Below are positions 38,545-47,950 of a stretch of DNA of 64,000 nt, in pieces; the stretch's first letter is position 1, and each line of letters starts with the position of its first letter. The position numbers and the translations under genes are program-made. The stretch comes from Verrucomicrobiales bacterium. GTDB taxonomy: Bacteria > Verrucomicrobiota > Verrucomicrobiia > Verrucomicrobiales > V1-33. The stretch covers positions 65,727 through 129,726 of the forward strand of contig JANOAV010000140.1 of assembly GCA_031411295.1 (NCBI GenBank), in the 5' to 3' direction. The notes beneath the pieces were generated by a model. That model was not told the origin of the DNA. It ran no database searches and saw only the letters and a program-made list of their open reading frames with translations.

Positions 38545-40902
38545 CTAAGGTTCTGGTTGGCTGCGGCGGTAGGCCAACACCCAGTCATTGAAATGGAGTG
38601 CGGAAAGTTCGCGCGGCGGACTTACTTTAATCGGGGAGACTAGGGGGACTGGATCAATTGCTTGGCGCCCTTTCTCGGTCAGGGCGCAGCGCCATTCCCA
38701 GTCCACCCATTTGGAATCAGCTGCGGCTTGAGACCAGAACAAATAGAGCACGTCCCGGTTTAAGATTTCGTGACGCAACCGCGCCTGCCAATCATCGCCT
38801 GAGCGTAGCCCTGCAACATCCACAAAGATATCCAATTCTCGCACCATCTTCTGCATCCCCTGAATCCGTCCCAAGACCTCATCGCGATCATCGTTGGCGT
38901 ATGATGCGAACGCCGTGCGAATGGGGGCAACGGATCCCAGCACATCCGTTGACTTGTTTGGATTGGGCACCACATGGAGCACGAAGGAAATTTGTGCGAT
39001 GACAAAGCCAGCAAACCTCACCAACACTTGCGCTGGTAACTCTTTGTCAGTCACTCCCTTGGGCACAGAGACCCTGAAAGATGCGTTGGCGACAACGCCC
39101 ATCCATTGCAAAGAATCTTCACGCGGAGCAACTCGCGCGCCCAAGACCTTCAACTCCACTTGCAGCAGACTCCCATGGGCGATTAGCGTGGCTCCTTTTG
39201 TTTTAAGGGAGAGATCATCCGTTCCGTGGAATTCACGAGATTGCTCCTTCACCTCTGGCAATTGATCCAGCCGATGCGCCCACACTAGGATTTCCTGCGT
39301 TTCCCCGGGCCTGATCTGCACGGCTGACGTCACTGAGAAATACACGCTACTCTCCTTGATCAGTCTCGCAGCCAAACTACCAAGCGCAATACCTCCAAGT
39401 GGGGTCATACAGAAGCTCAGCACCTTGCCGGCAACTCCTTTGATTGCATCAAGCGTTGCGGCCTGATGACGCTTTGCGGGCGGAGGCACACCGTCCTCGA
39501 ATACTTCTTCGGAGGCTACGGACCCAATCCCGAGGTCACGATTTGGTCTTCCCATAAACAGCGTGCGGTCATCGTCGCTAGTTAAACCGCTGCCCTCCGC
39601 CCACGGAAGATCTGCTCGCTGAATAAGCCGCGTGCGAGTATCCTGTGGCGGATCTATCGGTGGCTCAGCTGCATCAATGGGGTTTATTCCAGCAGAGGTG
39701 CTTCCTTCCCTCAGACTTGGTGGCATGGAGTCAGCCTGGTCCCAACCACTTTTCGTTTCGGTTTCCGTTCCTAAACCAAAGGCTGTTGATTCCATTTTTG
39801 ACCTGATCGTGGGCGGTATAGGCGAAATAGATTCTGCTGGGTTATTTCCTCGCTTTCTAGTTAAGGCTTCCAACACTCGGGCAAAAAAGCCAATCTTTGG
39901 CGCAGGCAAAGCACATGGAGGTGGCACGTGTGGGACAACCTTAAACGCTATCGGAGGGCGCGGTGGGAGAGGTTCTGGAACAACCACGCCGGAGCCAGGC
40001 CGCAGGTCTACTTGGGAGGGAGGGCGCAATCCGCAAGATGACAAATCGCTCAGGCAGCGGTCCGCCTCCAGCACCACCTCCTTGGCCGTGCCCGGACGTT
40101 GGTCAGGGTTTTTCTCCAAAAGCCGTTCGAGCAAACGCCGCACCGAGGGTGGCAGCGTGGACGGCAGGGCATCGGCATAACTGTCAGAACTCAGCCGTTC
40201 AATTAAGATTTGACCAGAATTCCCCCGCAGGGGTGAGCGACCTTCCAACAGAAACCACGCCGTCATCCCCAACGAAAATAAATCGCAGCGCCCATCAATC
40301 GTGTCATCGTTACGCAACTGTTCGGGAGCACTAAACAATACCGTGCCCAACATCTGCCCAGCCTTGGTCATCCTGGGGTTGTCTGCACCCTGCACTCCTC
40401 GCAACCGAGCCGAACCGAAATCAATAATCTTCAGCACTGGCTCCCCGCTGGCGCGGAAAGAGTTCGCCAGCACCAAGTTATGCGGCTTGATATCCCGATG
40501 CCAGACCTCCTGATGCACGCAGGTCAACGCATCCGCCACCTGACGAATCACCCAGACCACATGCCCCACCGTGAAGGGTCCCATTTGTTCCACCAGGGTG
40601 GCCAAGTCCCCCAGGTCACAATGCTCGACGATGTAGTAGGACGGGGTGCTGTCTTCCTCCAGTTCCGTGACCTGCGCGATGCCTTGATGTTGTGCGCCGA
40701 GCTTGGCTTGGGTCCGGGCTTCCAGGATGAAGCGATCCCGCACCGTTCGGTCCTCCGCCTCACTGGCAATCATTTCCTTCAAAACCACCCGCGTCCCCAG
40801 ACCAACATGCTCTGCAAGACTCGTGATGCCAAAGGAACCCCGCCCCAGTTCCTTAAGAACCCGGTATTTTCCCACGCGGCGTGACTGTGAACTCTCGGAC
40901 AT
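38545..40902 (-). CDS. Ser/Thr protein kinase - TIR domain fusion
   Basis: LGRGSFG, HRDIKPHN, DFG, APEQ; C-terminal AFASYA..D...IFVD...LRSGDDW...LFWSQAAADSKWVDWEW. Start at ATG 40902. Confidence 0.88.
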   Translation of the reverse strand: MSESSQSRRVGKYRVLKELGRGSFGITSLAEHVGLGTRVVLKEMIASEAEDRTVRDRFILEARTQAKLGAQHQGIAQVTELEEDSTPSYYIVEHCDLGDLATLVEQMGPFTVGHVVWVIRQVADALTCVHQEVWHRDIKPHNLVLANSFRASGEPVLKIIDFGSARLRGVQGADNPRMTKAGQMLGTVLFSAPEQLRNDDTIDGRCDLFSLGMTAWFLLEGRSPLRGNSGQILIERLSSDSYADALPSTLPPSVRRLLERLLEKNPDQRPGTAKEVVLEADRCLSDLSSCGLRPPSQVDLRPGSGVVVPEPLPPRPPIAFKVVPHVPPPCALPAPKIGFFARVLEALTRKRGNNPAESISPIPPTIRSKMESTAFGLGTETETKSGWDQADSMPPSLREGSTSAGINPIDAAEPPIDPPQDTRTRLIQRADLPWAEGSGLTSDDDRTLFMGRPNRDLGIGSVASEEVFEDGVPPPAKRHQAATLDAIKGVAGKVLSFCMTPLGGIALGSLAARLIKESSVYFSVTSAVQIRPGETQEILVWAHRLDQLPEVKEQSREFHGTDDLSLKTKGATLIAHGSLLQVELKVLGARVAPREDSLQWMGVVANASFRVSVPKGVTDKELPAQVLVRFAGFVIAQISFVLHVVPNPNKSTDVLGSVAPIRTAFASYANDDRDEVLGRIQGMQKMVRELDIFVDVAGLRSGDDWQARLRHEILNRDVLYLFWSQAAADSKWVDWEWRCALTEKGRQAIDPVPLVSPIKVSPPRELSALHFNDWVLAYRRSQPEP

Positions 40903-41100
40903 AGTGAAGGCAACGAACCAGGCGGGACAGGCTTGCACCTATTTTCATTGGCGGTTGTAAATACAGCAGACCCTGATCAAATCTTTAATCTCAGCTGGTC
41001 CAATTGTCTAGGCAAAAGGCGGCAACTTTGGGACAGCAGTGGCCGCCCCACCGCCCCCACCACAGTTGACAAACACCCACCCTCCGGCACCCTGAACTCC

Positions 41101-44100
41101 ATGCCTGAACCTACTGCCGATACCATCACCCAATTCATTGCCCGCTGGGAGAAATCCGGCGGATCGGAGAAGGCAAACTATGCGTTGTTCTTCACGGAAC
41201 TTTGTGATGAAATCCTCCTGGTGCCGCATCCCGAGCCTGCCGGGCCGGATAATGAGAAGAACCTTTATAGCTTCGAGCGCGTCGTCACTCACAAGGCAGA
41301 GGACGGCACCACCGCCACTGGGTTTATCGATCTCTACAAAGCGGGCTGCTTCCTGCTGGAAACCAAACAGGGCACCTTCCTGAAAGCCACCTCCGGCGGC
41401 ACCCTGCTGGATTTCCTGCCCACCCAGACCAACCTCAAATCAGGCCATGGGAAACGCGGCACCCTGGCATTCGATAAAATCCTCCAGCGCGCTTACAACC
41501 AAGCCCGCAAATACATCACTGCCGTTCCGCCAGCCGAAGGCCGGCCTCCCTTCCTCATCGTGTGCGATGTCGGGCATACCATCGACCTCTATGCGGAATT
41601 CACCGGCACCGGTGGGCATTACGAGCGATTCCCCGATCCCAATTCCCACCGCATTTTCCTATCCGATCTTCACCGTCCGGAGATTCGCCAACGCCTGCGC
41701 CAAGTCTGGACGGAGCCGCATGCCTTGGACCCTGCGAAACACGCCGCCGCCGTCACGCGGGAAGTGGCCAAGGCCCTGGCGGAGTTGGCGAAGTCCCTCG
41801 AAAGCGATGGCCAGGACCCGCAGCTCACCGCAGGCTTCCTCCAGCGCTGCCTCTTCACCATGTTTGCCGAAGACGTGGGCCTGCTCCCGGAGAAATCCTT
41901 CGTCCAGCTCTTGGAAAAAGTGAAAGACAGCCCCGCCGGCTTTCCCATCATGTTGCAGACGCTCTGGAAAGACATGGCCAAAGGCACGGACTTCTCCACT
42001 GTGCTCCTCAGCGCCATCCCGCATTTCAATGGTGGTCTGTTTGAAGACTGCACCGCCTTTCCGTTGCGGCAGGACCAGATCGCCCTGCTCATTCATGCTG
42101 CGAAATCTGACTGGTCCGCCGTGGAGCCCGCCATCTTCGGCACGTTAGTGGAGCGCGCCCTGGACGCGCGCGAGCGGCATAAGCTGGGCGCACATTACAC
42201 GCCGCGTTCCTATGTGGAGCGGCTCGTGCGGCCCACGCTCATGGACCCGCTGCGGGCGGAGTGGGAGGCTGTGAAGGCCGCCGCTGCGCTTTCCATGGAG
42301 AAAGCCACCAAGGCCGATGCCACCGCCACCAGCATCGAAAATGAAGCCCAGCAGAAACTTCACACCCTCACCAAAGCTCAGGCGGATGCGCTCAACAAAC
42401 GCCGCCTGGATGCCGTGAAGCAAGCCACCGCGCACCGGGCGGACGCCATGGCCACCGTTAGCGAATTCCATCGGAAACTCTGCACCCTCCGCGTCCTGGA
42501 TCCTGCGTGCGGCTCGGGAAATTTCCTCTACGTCTGCTTGGAACTCATGAAGCGACTCGAAGCCGAAGTCCTCGAACTCTTCGAAGCCCTCGGCGGAGAC
42601 CTCCGCATGGAAATGGCATCCTTCAAGATCGGCCCCCGTCAATTCCTCGGCCTGGAGCTGAACCGACGCGCCGTCGCCATCGCCCAACTCGTCCTCTGGA
42701 TCGGCTTCTTCCAGTGGCAACGCAAGACCACTGGCAAGGCGGACACGAACGAGCGACCGCTCCTGCCCAAGGACCCATCCATCCTCCAGCAAGACGCCGT
42801 CCTGGCCTATGACAAAGCCATCCCGCGCCTCGATGCCGCCACCGGGAACCCCATCACCATCTGGGACGGACAGACCACGAAACTTCATCCCATCACCGGA
42901 AAAGAAGTCCCCGACGAGACCGCGCGTCGCCTTGTCTATGATTACACGAATCCCCGCCGCGCCGACTGGCCGGAGGCGGACATCATCGTGGGGAATCCAC
43001 CGTTCATTGGTGCCTCCCGCATGAGAGATGCCTTGGGCGATGGCTATGTGGAAACGCTGCGCCAAGCATGGAAAGGACGCGTCCCCGAGTCCGCCGATTT
43101 TGTGATGTTCTGGTGGCAGAAAGCCGCCGAACTCGTGCGGGATGGCCGCACCAAACGCTTCGGCTTCATCACCACCAACTCCATTCATCAGACCTTCAAC
43201 CGACGCGTCATCGAGCCCTTCCTGGCTGAAGAAAAACAGCCACTTCACCTCTCGTATGCCATCCCGGATCATCCCTGGGTGGATTCTGCGGATGGAGCCG
43301 CCGTGCGCATTTCTATGACCGTAGCCGAGCCCGGCAAAGGAGAAGGAACCCTGGCTCATGTGGAAAACGAAATCGCGCGCGAGGACGGGGAAAATGAAGT
43401 TGAGCTGTCAGAACGAAATGGTGTCGTGGCTGCGAATTTGCAGGTCGGGGCGGATTTGACTTCTGCCAGTGAGTTGGCTTCAAATCTCAGCATTTGTTGG
43501 GAAGGCATGAAACCTCATGGAAAGGGTTTTTTGGTCACCCCAGAGGAGGCAGATGCGCTTGGCTATTGGAAGGATAATGCCCCTGTTTTCCCACTTGGAA
43601 CTTACATCAATGGGAGAGATGTGGTGGATGTGCCGCGTAAGCTCCTAGCCATTGATCTCTTTGGTTTTACTGAAGCTGAAGCTGCGCAGCGCTTTCCCTC
43701 CCTAATCAACCATCTGTTGGTGGAGGTGAAGCCAGAGCGAGACATGAACAATCGTGAAACCTATCGCAAAAATTGGTGGTTTTTTGGTGAAGCCAGAAAG
43801 AATAATCGGCCGTCGCTAAAAGGTCTGCACAGATTCATCGTAACTGTTAAGACTGCGAAGCATCGAGCGTTCACATTTTTGGATTCATCCTGCATTCCAG
43901 ATAGTAAGCTGATAGTAGTGGCATCGGAAGCGCCTGAAGATTTGGCGGTCCTTTCGTCTTTGATTCACTCAATCTGGACGCTCCGCATCGGAAGTCATCT
44001 TGGCGTCGGAAACGATCCTACCTACGTCGTCGGCTCGTCATTTAACAAATTCCCATTTCCCGACCTCCCCGAAGGTCCGTTGAAACAACGCATCCGGGAC

Positions 44101-44844
44101 TTGGGAGAGCGATTGGACAGCCACCGGAAGAAACAACAGGCGCAGCACCCGGACCTAACCCTCACCGGACTCTACAACGTCCTGGAAGCCGTGCGACTCG
44201 GCACGCCGCTGACCGCCAAAGAGAAAGTGATCCACGACCACGGTCTGGTCTCCATCCTGAAGCAGATCCACGATGACCTGGACACCGCCGTGCTGGAAGC
44301 CTACGGCTGGACGGACCTCATGAGTCCCGCACAAAACCTTTCCCTAGCCGACCGACTGGCCACCCCCGGCCCCGCCGCCGAAGCCCTGGAGCAGGAACTC
44401 CTAACCCGCCTCGTAGCCCTGAACCACACCCGAGCCGCCGAAGAAAAACAAGGCCATATCCGCTGGCTGCGGCCAGAATACCAAGCCGTGGCAGGGGCGT
44501 CCTCTGAGCGAACTGCTGAAGGGACGGAAGGGACCAAAGCGACTCAAGGGACAGAAGGGACCGCTGAACCAAAGAAACCCAAAGGCAGGACCACCGCCTC
44601 AGCCAAAGCCACTAAAGTCCTTTCAGACCTTTCCGTCCCTTTAGTCCCGTCCGTCCCAGAAGCCGCCCCCAAACTCCCCTGGCCGGAAAGCCTGGCCGCC
44701 CAAGTCAGCGCCCTGCAAAAACTCCTCCCCACCCACGGCCCCGACCCCGAAGCCCTCTCCGCCCGTTTCGGCAAAAAGTCCCCCAAGCGCACCGAACAAA
44801 TTTCCGAAATCCTCGAAACCCTTCAAGCCTTGGGCCAGTGCTAA
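41101..44844 (+). CDS. MmeI-like type IIG/IIL restriction-modification enzyme (nuclease-methyltransferase-TRD fusion)
   Basis: FIARWE...GFIDLYK..FLLETKQG, HFNGGLF, LGAHYTP, VLDPACGSGNFL, IVGNPPFIG, ADFVMFWW, FPFP. Confidence 0.92.
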   Translation: MPEPTADTITQFIARWEKSGGSEKANYALFFTELCDEILLVPHPEPAGPDNEKNLYSFERVVTHKAEDGTTATGFIDLYKAGCFLLETKQGTFLKATSGGTLLDFLPTQTNLKSGHGKRGTLAFDKILQRAYNQARKYITAVPPAEGRPPFLIVCDVGHTIDLYAEFTGTGGHYERFPDPNSHRIFLSDLHRPEIRQRLRQVWTEPHALDPAKHAAAVTREVAKALAELAKSLESDGQDPQLTAGFLQRCLFTMFAEDVGLLPEKSFVQLLEKVKDSPAGFPIMLQTLWKDMAKGTDFSTVLLSAIPHFNGGLFEDCTAFPLRQDQIALLIHAAKSDWSAVEPAIFGTLVERALDARERHKLGAHYTPRSYVERLVRPTLMDPLRAEWEAVKAAAALSMEKATKADATATSIENEAQQKLHTLTKAQADALNKRRLDAVKQATAHRADAMATVSEFHRKLCTLRVLDPACGSGNFLYVCLELMKRLEAEVLELFEALGGDLRMEMASFKIGPRQFLGLELNRRAVAIAQLVLWIGFFQWQRKTTGKADTNERPLLPKDPSILQQDAVLAYDKAIPRLDAATGNPITIWDGQTTKLHPITGKEVPDETARRLVYDYTNPRRADWPEADIIVGNPPFIGASRMRDALGDGYVETLRQAWKGRVPESADFVMFWWQKAAELVRDGRTKRFGFITTNSIHQTFNRRVIEPFLAEEKQPLHLSYAIPDHPWVDSADGAAVRISMTVAEPGKGEGTLAHVENEIAREDGENEVELSERNGVVAANLQVGADLTSASELASNLSICWEGMKPHGKGFLVTPEEADALGYWKDNAPVFPLGTYINGRDVVDVPRKLLAIDLFGFTEAEAAQRFPSLINHLLVEVKPERDMNNRETYRKNWWFFGEARKNNRPSLKGLHRFIVTVKTAKHRAFTFLDSSCIPDSKLIVVASEAPEDLAVLSSLIHSIWTLRIGSHLGVGNDPTYVVGSSFNKFPFPDLPEGPLKQRIRDLGERLDSHRKKQQAQHPDLTLTGLYNVLEAVRLGTPLTAKEKVIHDHGLVSILKQIHDDLDTAVLEAYGWTDLMSPAQNLSLADRLATPGPAAEALEQELLTRLVALNHTRAAEEKQGHIRWLRPEYQAVAGASSERTAEGTEGTKATQGTEGTAEPKKPKGRTTASAKATKVLSDLSVPLVPSVPEAAPKLPWPESLAAQVSALQKLLPTHGPDPEALSARFGKKSPKRTEQISEILETLQALGQC

Positions 44845-44880
44845 GCCCAGTGTGCTGCTTACGCGGGGAGGACATGAGAT

Positions 44881-45487
44881 TTTGGAACAGAAGATGGGAA
44901 GGAAAGGCAGAAGACTTGGAATGAAGGCATTGAGGTATTTCTTCCAAACCTTCCTGACTTCTGTCAATTTTCCATGGATCGAATTGGCTGTGCGGCGGCG
45001 GGAGGGTTTTTGGAACAGAAGATGGGAAGGAAAGGCAGAAGACTTGGAATGAAGGCATTGAGGTATTTCTCCCAAACCTTCCTAAACTTCTGTTCAATTG
45101 TTCGATGGATCGCGTTGGCTGTGCGGCGGCGTGAGGGAGTTTGGAACAGAAGGTGGGAAGGAAAGGCAGAAGGCTTGGAATGAAGGCATTGAGGCATTTC
45201 TTCCAAACCTTCCTAACTTCTGTTCAATTGTTCGATGGATCGAATTGGCTGTGTGGCGACGTGAGGGATTTTGGAACAGAAGATGGGAAGGAAAGGCAGA
45301 AGACTTGGAATGGAGGTTTTGAGGCATTTCTTCCAAACCTTCCTAACTTCTGTTCAATTGTTCGATGGATCGCGTTGGCTGTGCGGCGGCGTGAGGGATT
45401 TTGGAACAGAAGATGGGAAGGAAAGGCAGAAGGCTCAGAACGGAGGTTTTGCGGCATTGCTTCCAAATCTTCCTAACTTCTGTTCAA
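44881..45487. repeat. Tandem array of ~4.7 x ~130-bp palindromic units (BIME/REP-like)
   Basis: tttggaacagaag starts at 44881, 45009, 45140, 45270 and 45400. Each unit pairs gaacagaagatgggaagg with ccttcctaacttctgttc. Confidence 0.93.
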
Positions 45488-45647
45488 CTCCGGAAGGGGC
45501 TTCCCGTGGCTGAATCTGGGTGCCCATCAATGGGGTAGTCGTCGAGAGAATCGCTCTGTAGCTCCGCATCATACCGCCGCCCCCCTCAATCGCGGTTTGG
45601 AGCCGAAATGAGATGAACTGACCGGTGGTTGCCTCCATGATGACAGC

Positions 45648-47948
45648 ATGTTGAAACGTTTGCTGCTGCTTCCCGTGCTGAGCCTGGGGCTACTCCTGCT
45701 CTGGGTGAAAGCTGGGCGTGCGGAGACATCGAATTCCTACGCTGGCGTGTGTCAGGCTCCAGCGGATGATTTCTTCACCGATAAAATTTGGGGTGGCATT
45801 GGGGCCCATGATTGCTTGAAGTGTCACAAGGACGGTGGTGACGCGGAGGAAAGTAAATTTGTCCTGCGTGATCCAACGCGGGCCGAAGATGCGCCAGCGG
45901 CCATGCGGTATAACCGTGAGCAGTTTGCGGCCATGGCGCGGACTCTGGAGCATGACGAATCCGTCCTGCTCTTGAAAGCCATCGGGAAATTGAAGCATGA
46001 AGGAGAGGAGGTGTTGCGACCTGATTCGCCAGCGTATCATTTACTGCAGGAGTTCGTGCGGCGGATCAATGCCCCGTCAGCCGCTCCAGCAGCGGAACCA
46101 CCCGGCGGTCCATCGTTCTACGAAGGTATCACGATGATAAGCGATCGTAGGCTGCTGCGACGGGTGACGCTGTCACTGGCGGCACGTTTGCCGAAAGCAG
46201 AGGAGTTGGAGAAAATCAATACCAACGGGCTGGCAGCCATGCCTGCGCTGTTGGATCACCTCATGCAGGAACCGGCATTCTATGAACGACTGCGGGAGGC
46301 ATTCAACGATATTTTCCTAACGGTAGGCTTGGACGACAATCCTGAGACGGTGCTGTCCTACGAACACTTTGAGAAGACCCGCCTGTGGTATCAGAAGCAT
46401 GATTTCTCCGGGATCAAAGATGAAAAAGAACGCACGCAGGCGGGCTACAAGCTGGCGCGGGAATATCGCAAAGCCATTGAGGATGAGCCGATGCGGCTGA
46501 TCGAATACATTGTGAAGGAGGACCATCCGTTCACGGAGATCATTACTGCCGACTACATCATGGTCTCGCCTTTTTCCTCGCGCGGCTACGGTGTGTTTGA
46601 GGAAATGAAGGACAAGTTCACCAATCCCGAGGATCCCTACGAATACCAACCGGTTAAACTGAAAGCGTTGGTGGGGCGGAATCGTCCGGAGGATCAGGAA
46701 TCGGCCACGGGCTTCTATCCTCATGCTGGCATCCTGAGCACGTTTCAATATCTCCGGCGTTATCCCACTACGGAAACGAATCGCAATCGGCTGCGGGCGC
46801 GGATGTTTTATCAGCATTTTCTGGGCATCGATGTGTTGGAACTGGCGGCCCGGGTTTCCGATGCCGCAGCGGTCTCAGCCAAGTATGAGATCCCCACGAT
46901 GCAGGCCAGCGAATGTGTCGTGTGTCACAAGACGCTGGATCCGGTAGCGAGCCTGTTTCAAGACTTCTGGCGCTTCGAGGCGGTGTATGGGAAGCGGAAG
47001 GAAGGCTGGTTTAAGGATATGTTTCAAGCGGGCTTCGAAGGCACGGATATGCCTGAGTCGGAACGCTGGAGATCGCTCCAATGGTTGGGATCCCTAACGG
47101 CAAAAGATCCACGCTTCGCCATCGCCATGGTGGGGCATGCTCACTATTTGCTAACGGGACGAAAACCAATGCTGCCACCCAAGGATCTCTCGGATCCTTT
47201 CTACCAGTCTAAACGCAGGGCTTATCTGGCGCAGCAGCAGCAGGTGGAATCCATGGCCCGACACTTTGCGGCGGAGAAATTTAACTTCAAGACGGTCATC
47301 AAAGATTGGGTGCTCTCCGCCTGTTATCGGGCGGATGGGCAAGCCACTGCCACCGCAGATCCTGCTCGGCGGATGGAGTTGGAAGACGTGGGACTGTGTC
47401 GCCTGCTGGCTCCGGAACAAGTGGAACGCAAGGTGGCAGCGGTCTTTGGCAAGCCTTGGGGGAAACTCAAGGAGCAAATGGAATTGCTCTATGGCGGGAT
47501 CGATTCCAAGGAAGTCACTGAGCGCGCCACCGATCCCAGTGGTGCCATGGGGGCGCTGCAACGCATTCTGGCCAACGATGTGGCGTGTCGCGAAACCGCA
47601 TTGGATTTCAGTCGGCCCGCCGCTGACCGACATTTATTTCCCCACATCGAACCTGACGTGTTGCCAGACTCGCCTGAGTCCGAAGCCAGGATTCGCCAAA
47701 CCATCGTTCATCTACATGAACTCGTGCTCGGCCGCCAAGATGGTCCTGACACGCCTGAAGTGACACGGACCTATGAACTTTTTGCCGGGATCGTCAACGA
47801 AGCGGCCACGCGCAAGGTTGATTCCGCCGAGACTTGGACCTGTCGCCAAGGGCTTCTGGCAGAGGTGCCGGACCCGAAATACACCGTGCGAGCTTGGCGG
47901 GCTGTGCTGACTTACCTGCTCCGACAACACGAATTCCTCTACGAATAA
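45648..47948 (+). CDS. Exported Planctomycete/PVC cytochrome c-like protein (DUF1588/PSCyt-like)
   Basis: Signal peptide; CLKCH and CVVCH..LDP motifs; LRRVTLSLAARLP; HAGILST. Confidence 0.75.
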   Translation: MLKRLLLLPVLSLGLLLLWVKAGRAETSNSYAGVCQAPADDFFTDKIWGGIGAHDCLKCHKDGGDAEESKFVLRDPTRAEDAPAAMRYNREQFAAMARTLEHDESVLLLKAIGKLKHEGEEVLRPDSPAYHLLQEFVRRINAPSAAPAAEPPGGPSFYEGITMISDRRLLRRVTLSLAARLPKAEELEKINTNGLAAMPALLDHLMQEPAFYERLREAFNDIFLTVGLDDNPETVLSYEHFEKTRLWYQKHDFSGIKDEKERTQAGYKLAREYRKAIEDEPMRLIEYIVKEDHPFTEIITADYIMVSPFSSRGYGVFEEMKDKFTNPEDPYEYQPVKLKALVGRNRPEDQESATGFYPHAGILSTFQYLRRYPTTETNRNRLRARMFYQHFLGIDVLELAARVSDAAAVSAKYEIPTMQASECVVCHKTLDPVASLFQDFWRFEAVYGKRKEGWFKDMFQAGFEGTDMPESERWRSLQWLGSLTAKDPRFAIAMVGHAHYLLTGRKPMLPPKDLSDPFYQSKRRAYLAQQQQVESMARHFAAEKFNFKTVIKDWVLSACYRADGQATATADPARRMELEDVGLCRLLAPEQVERKVAAVFGKPWGKLKEQMELLYGGIDSKEVTERATDPSGAMGALQRILANDVACRETALDFSRPAADRHLFPHIEPDVLPDSPESEARIRQTIVHLHELVLGRQDGPDTPEVTRTYELFAGIVNEAATRKVDSAETWTCRQGLLAEVPDPKYTVRAWRAVLTYLLRQHEFLYE

Positions 47949-47950
47949 TC

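Noticed and set aside
44881..45487. CRISPR array
   Set aside because: Whole units are near-identical, with no unique spacers and no cas genes in the window. The short ORFs across it are repeat artefacts.
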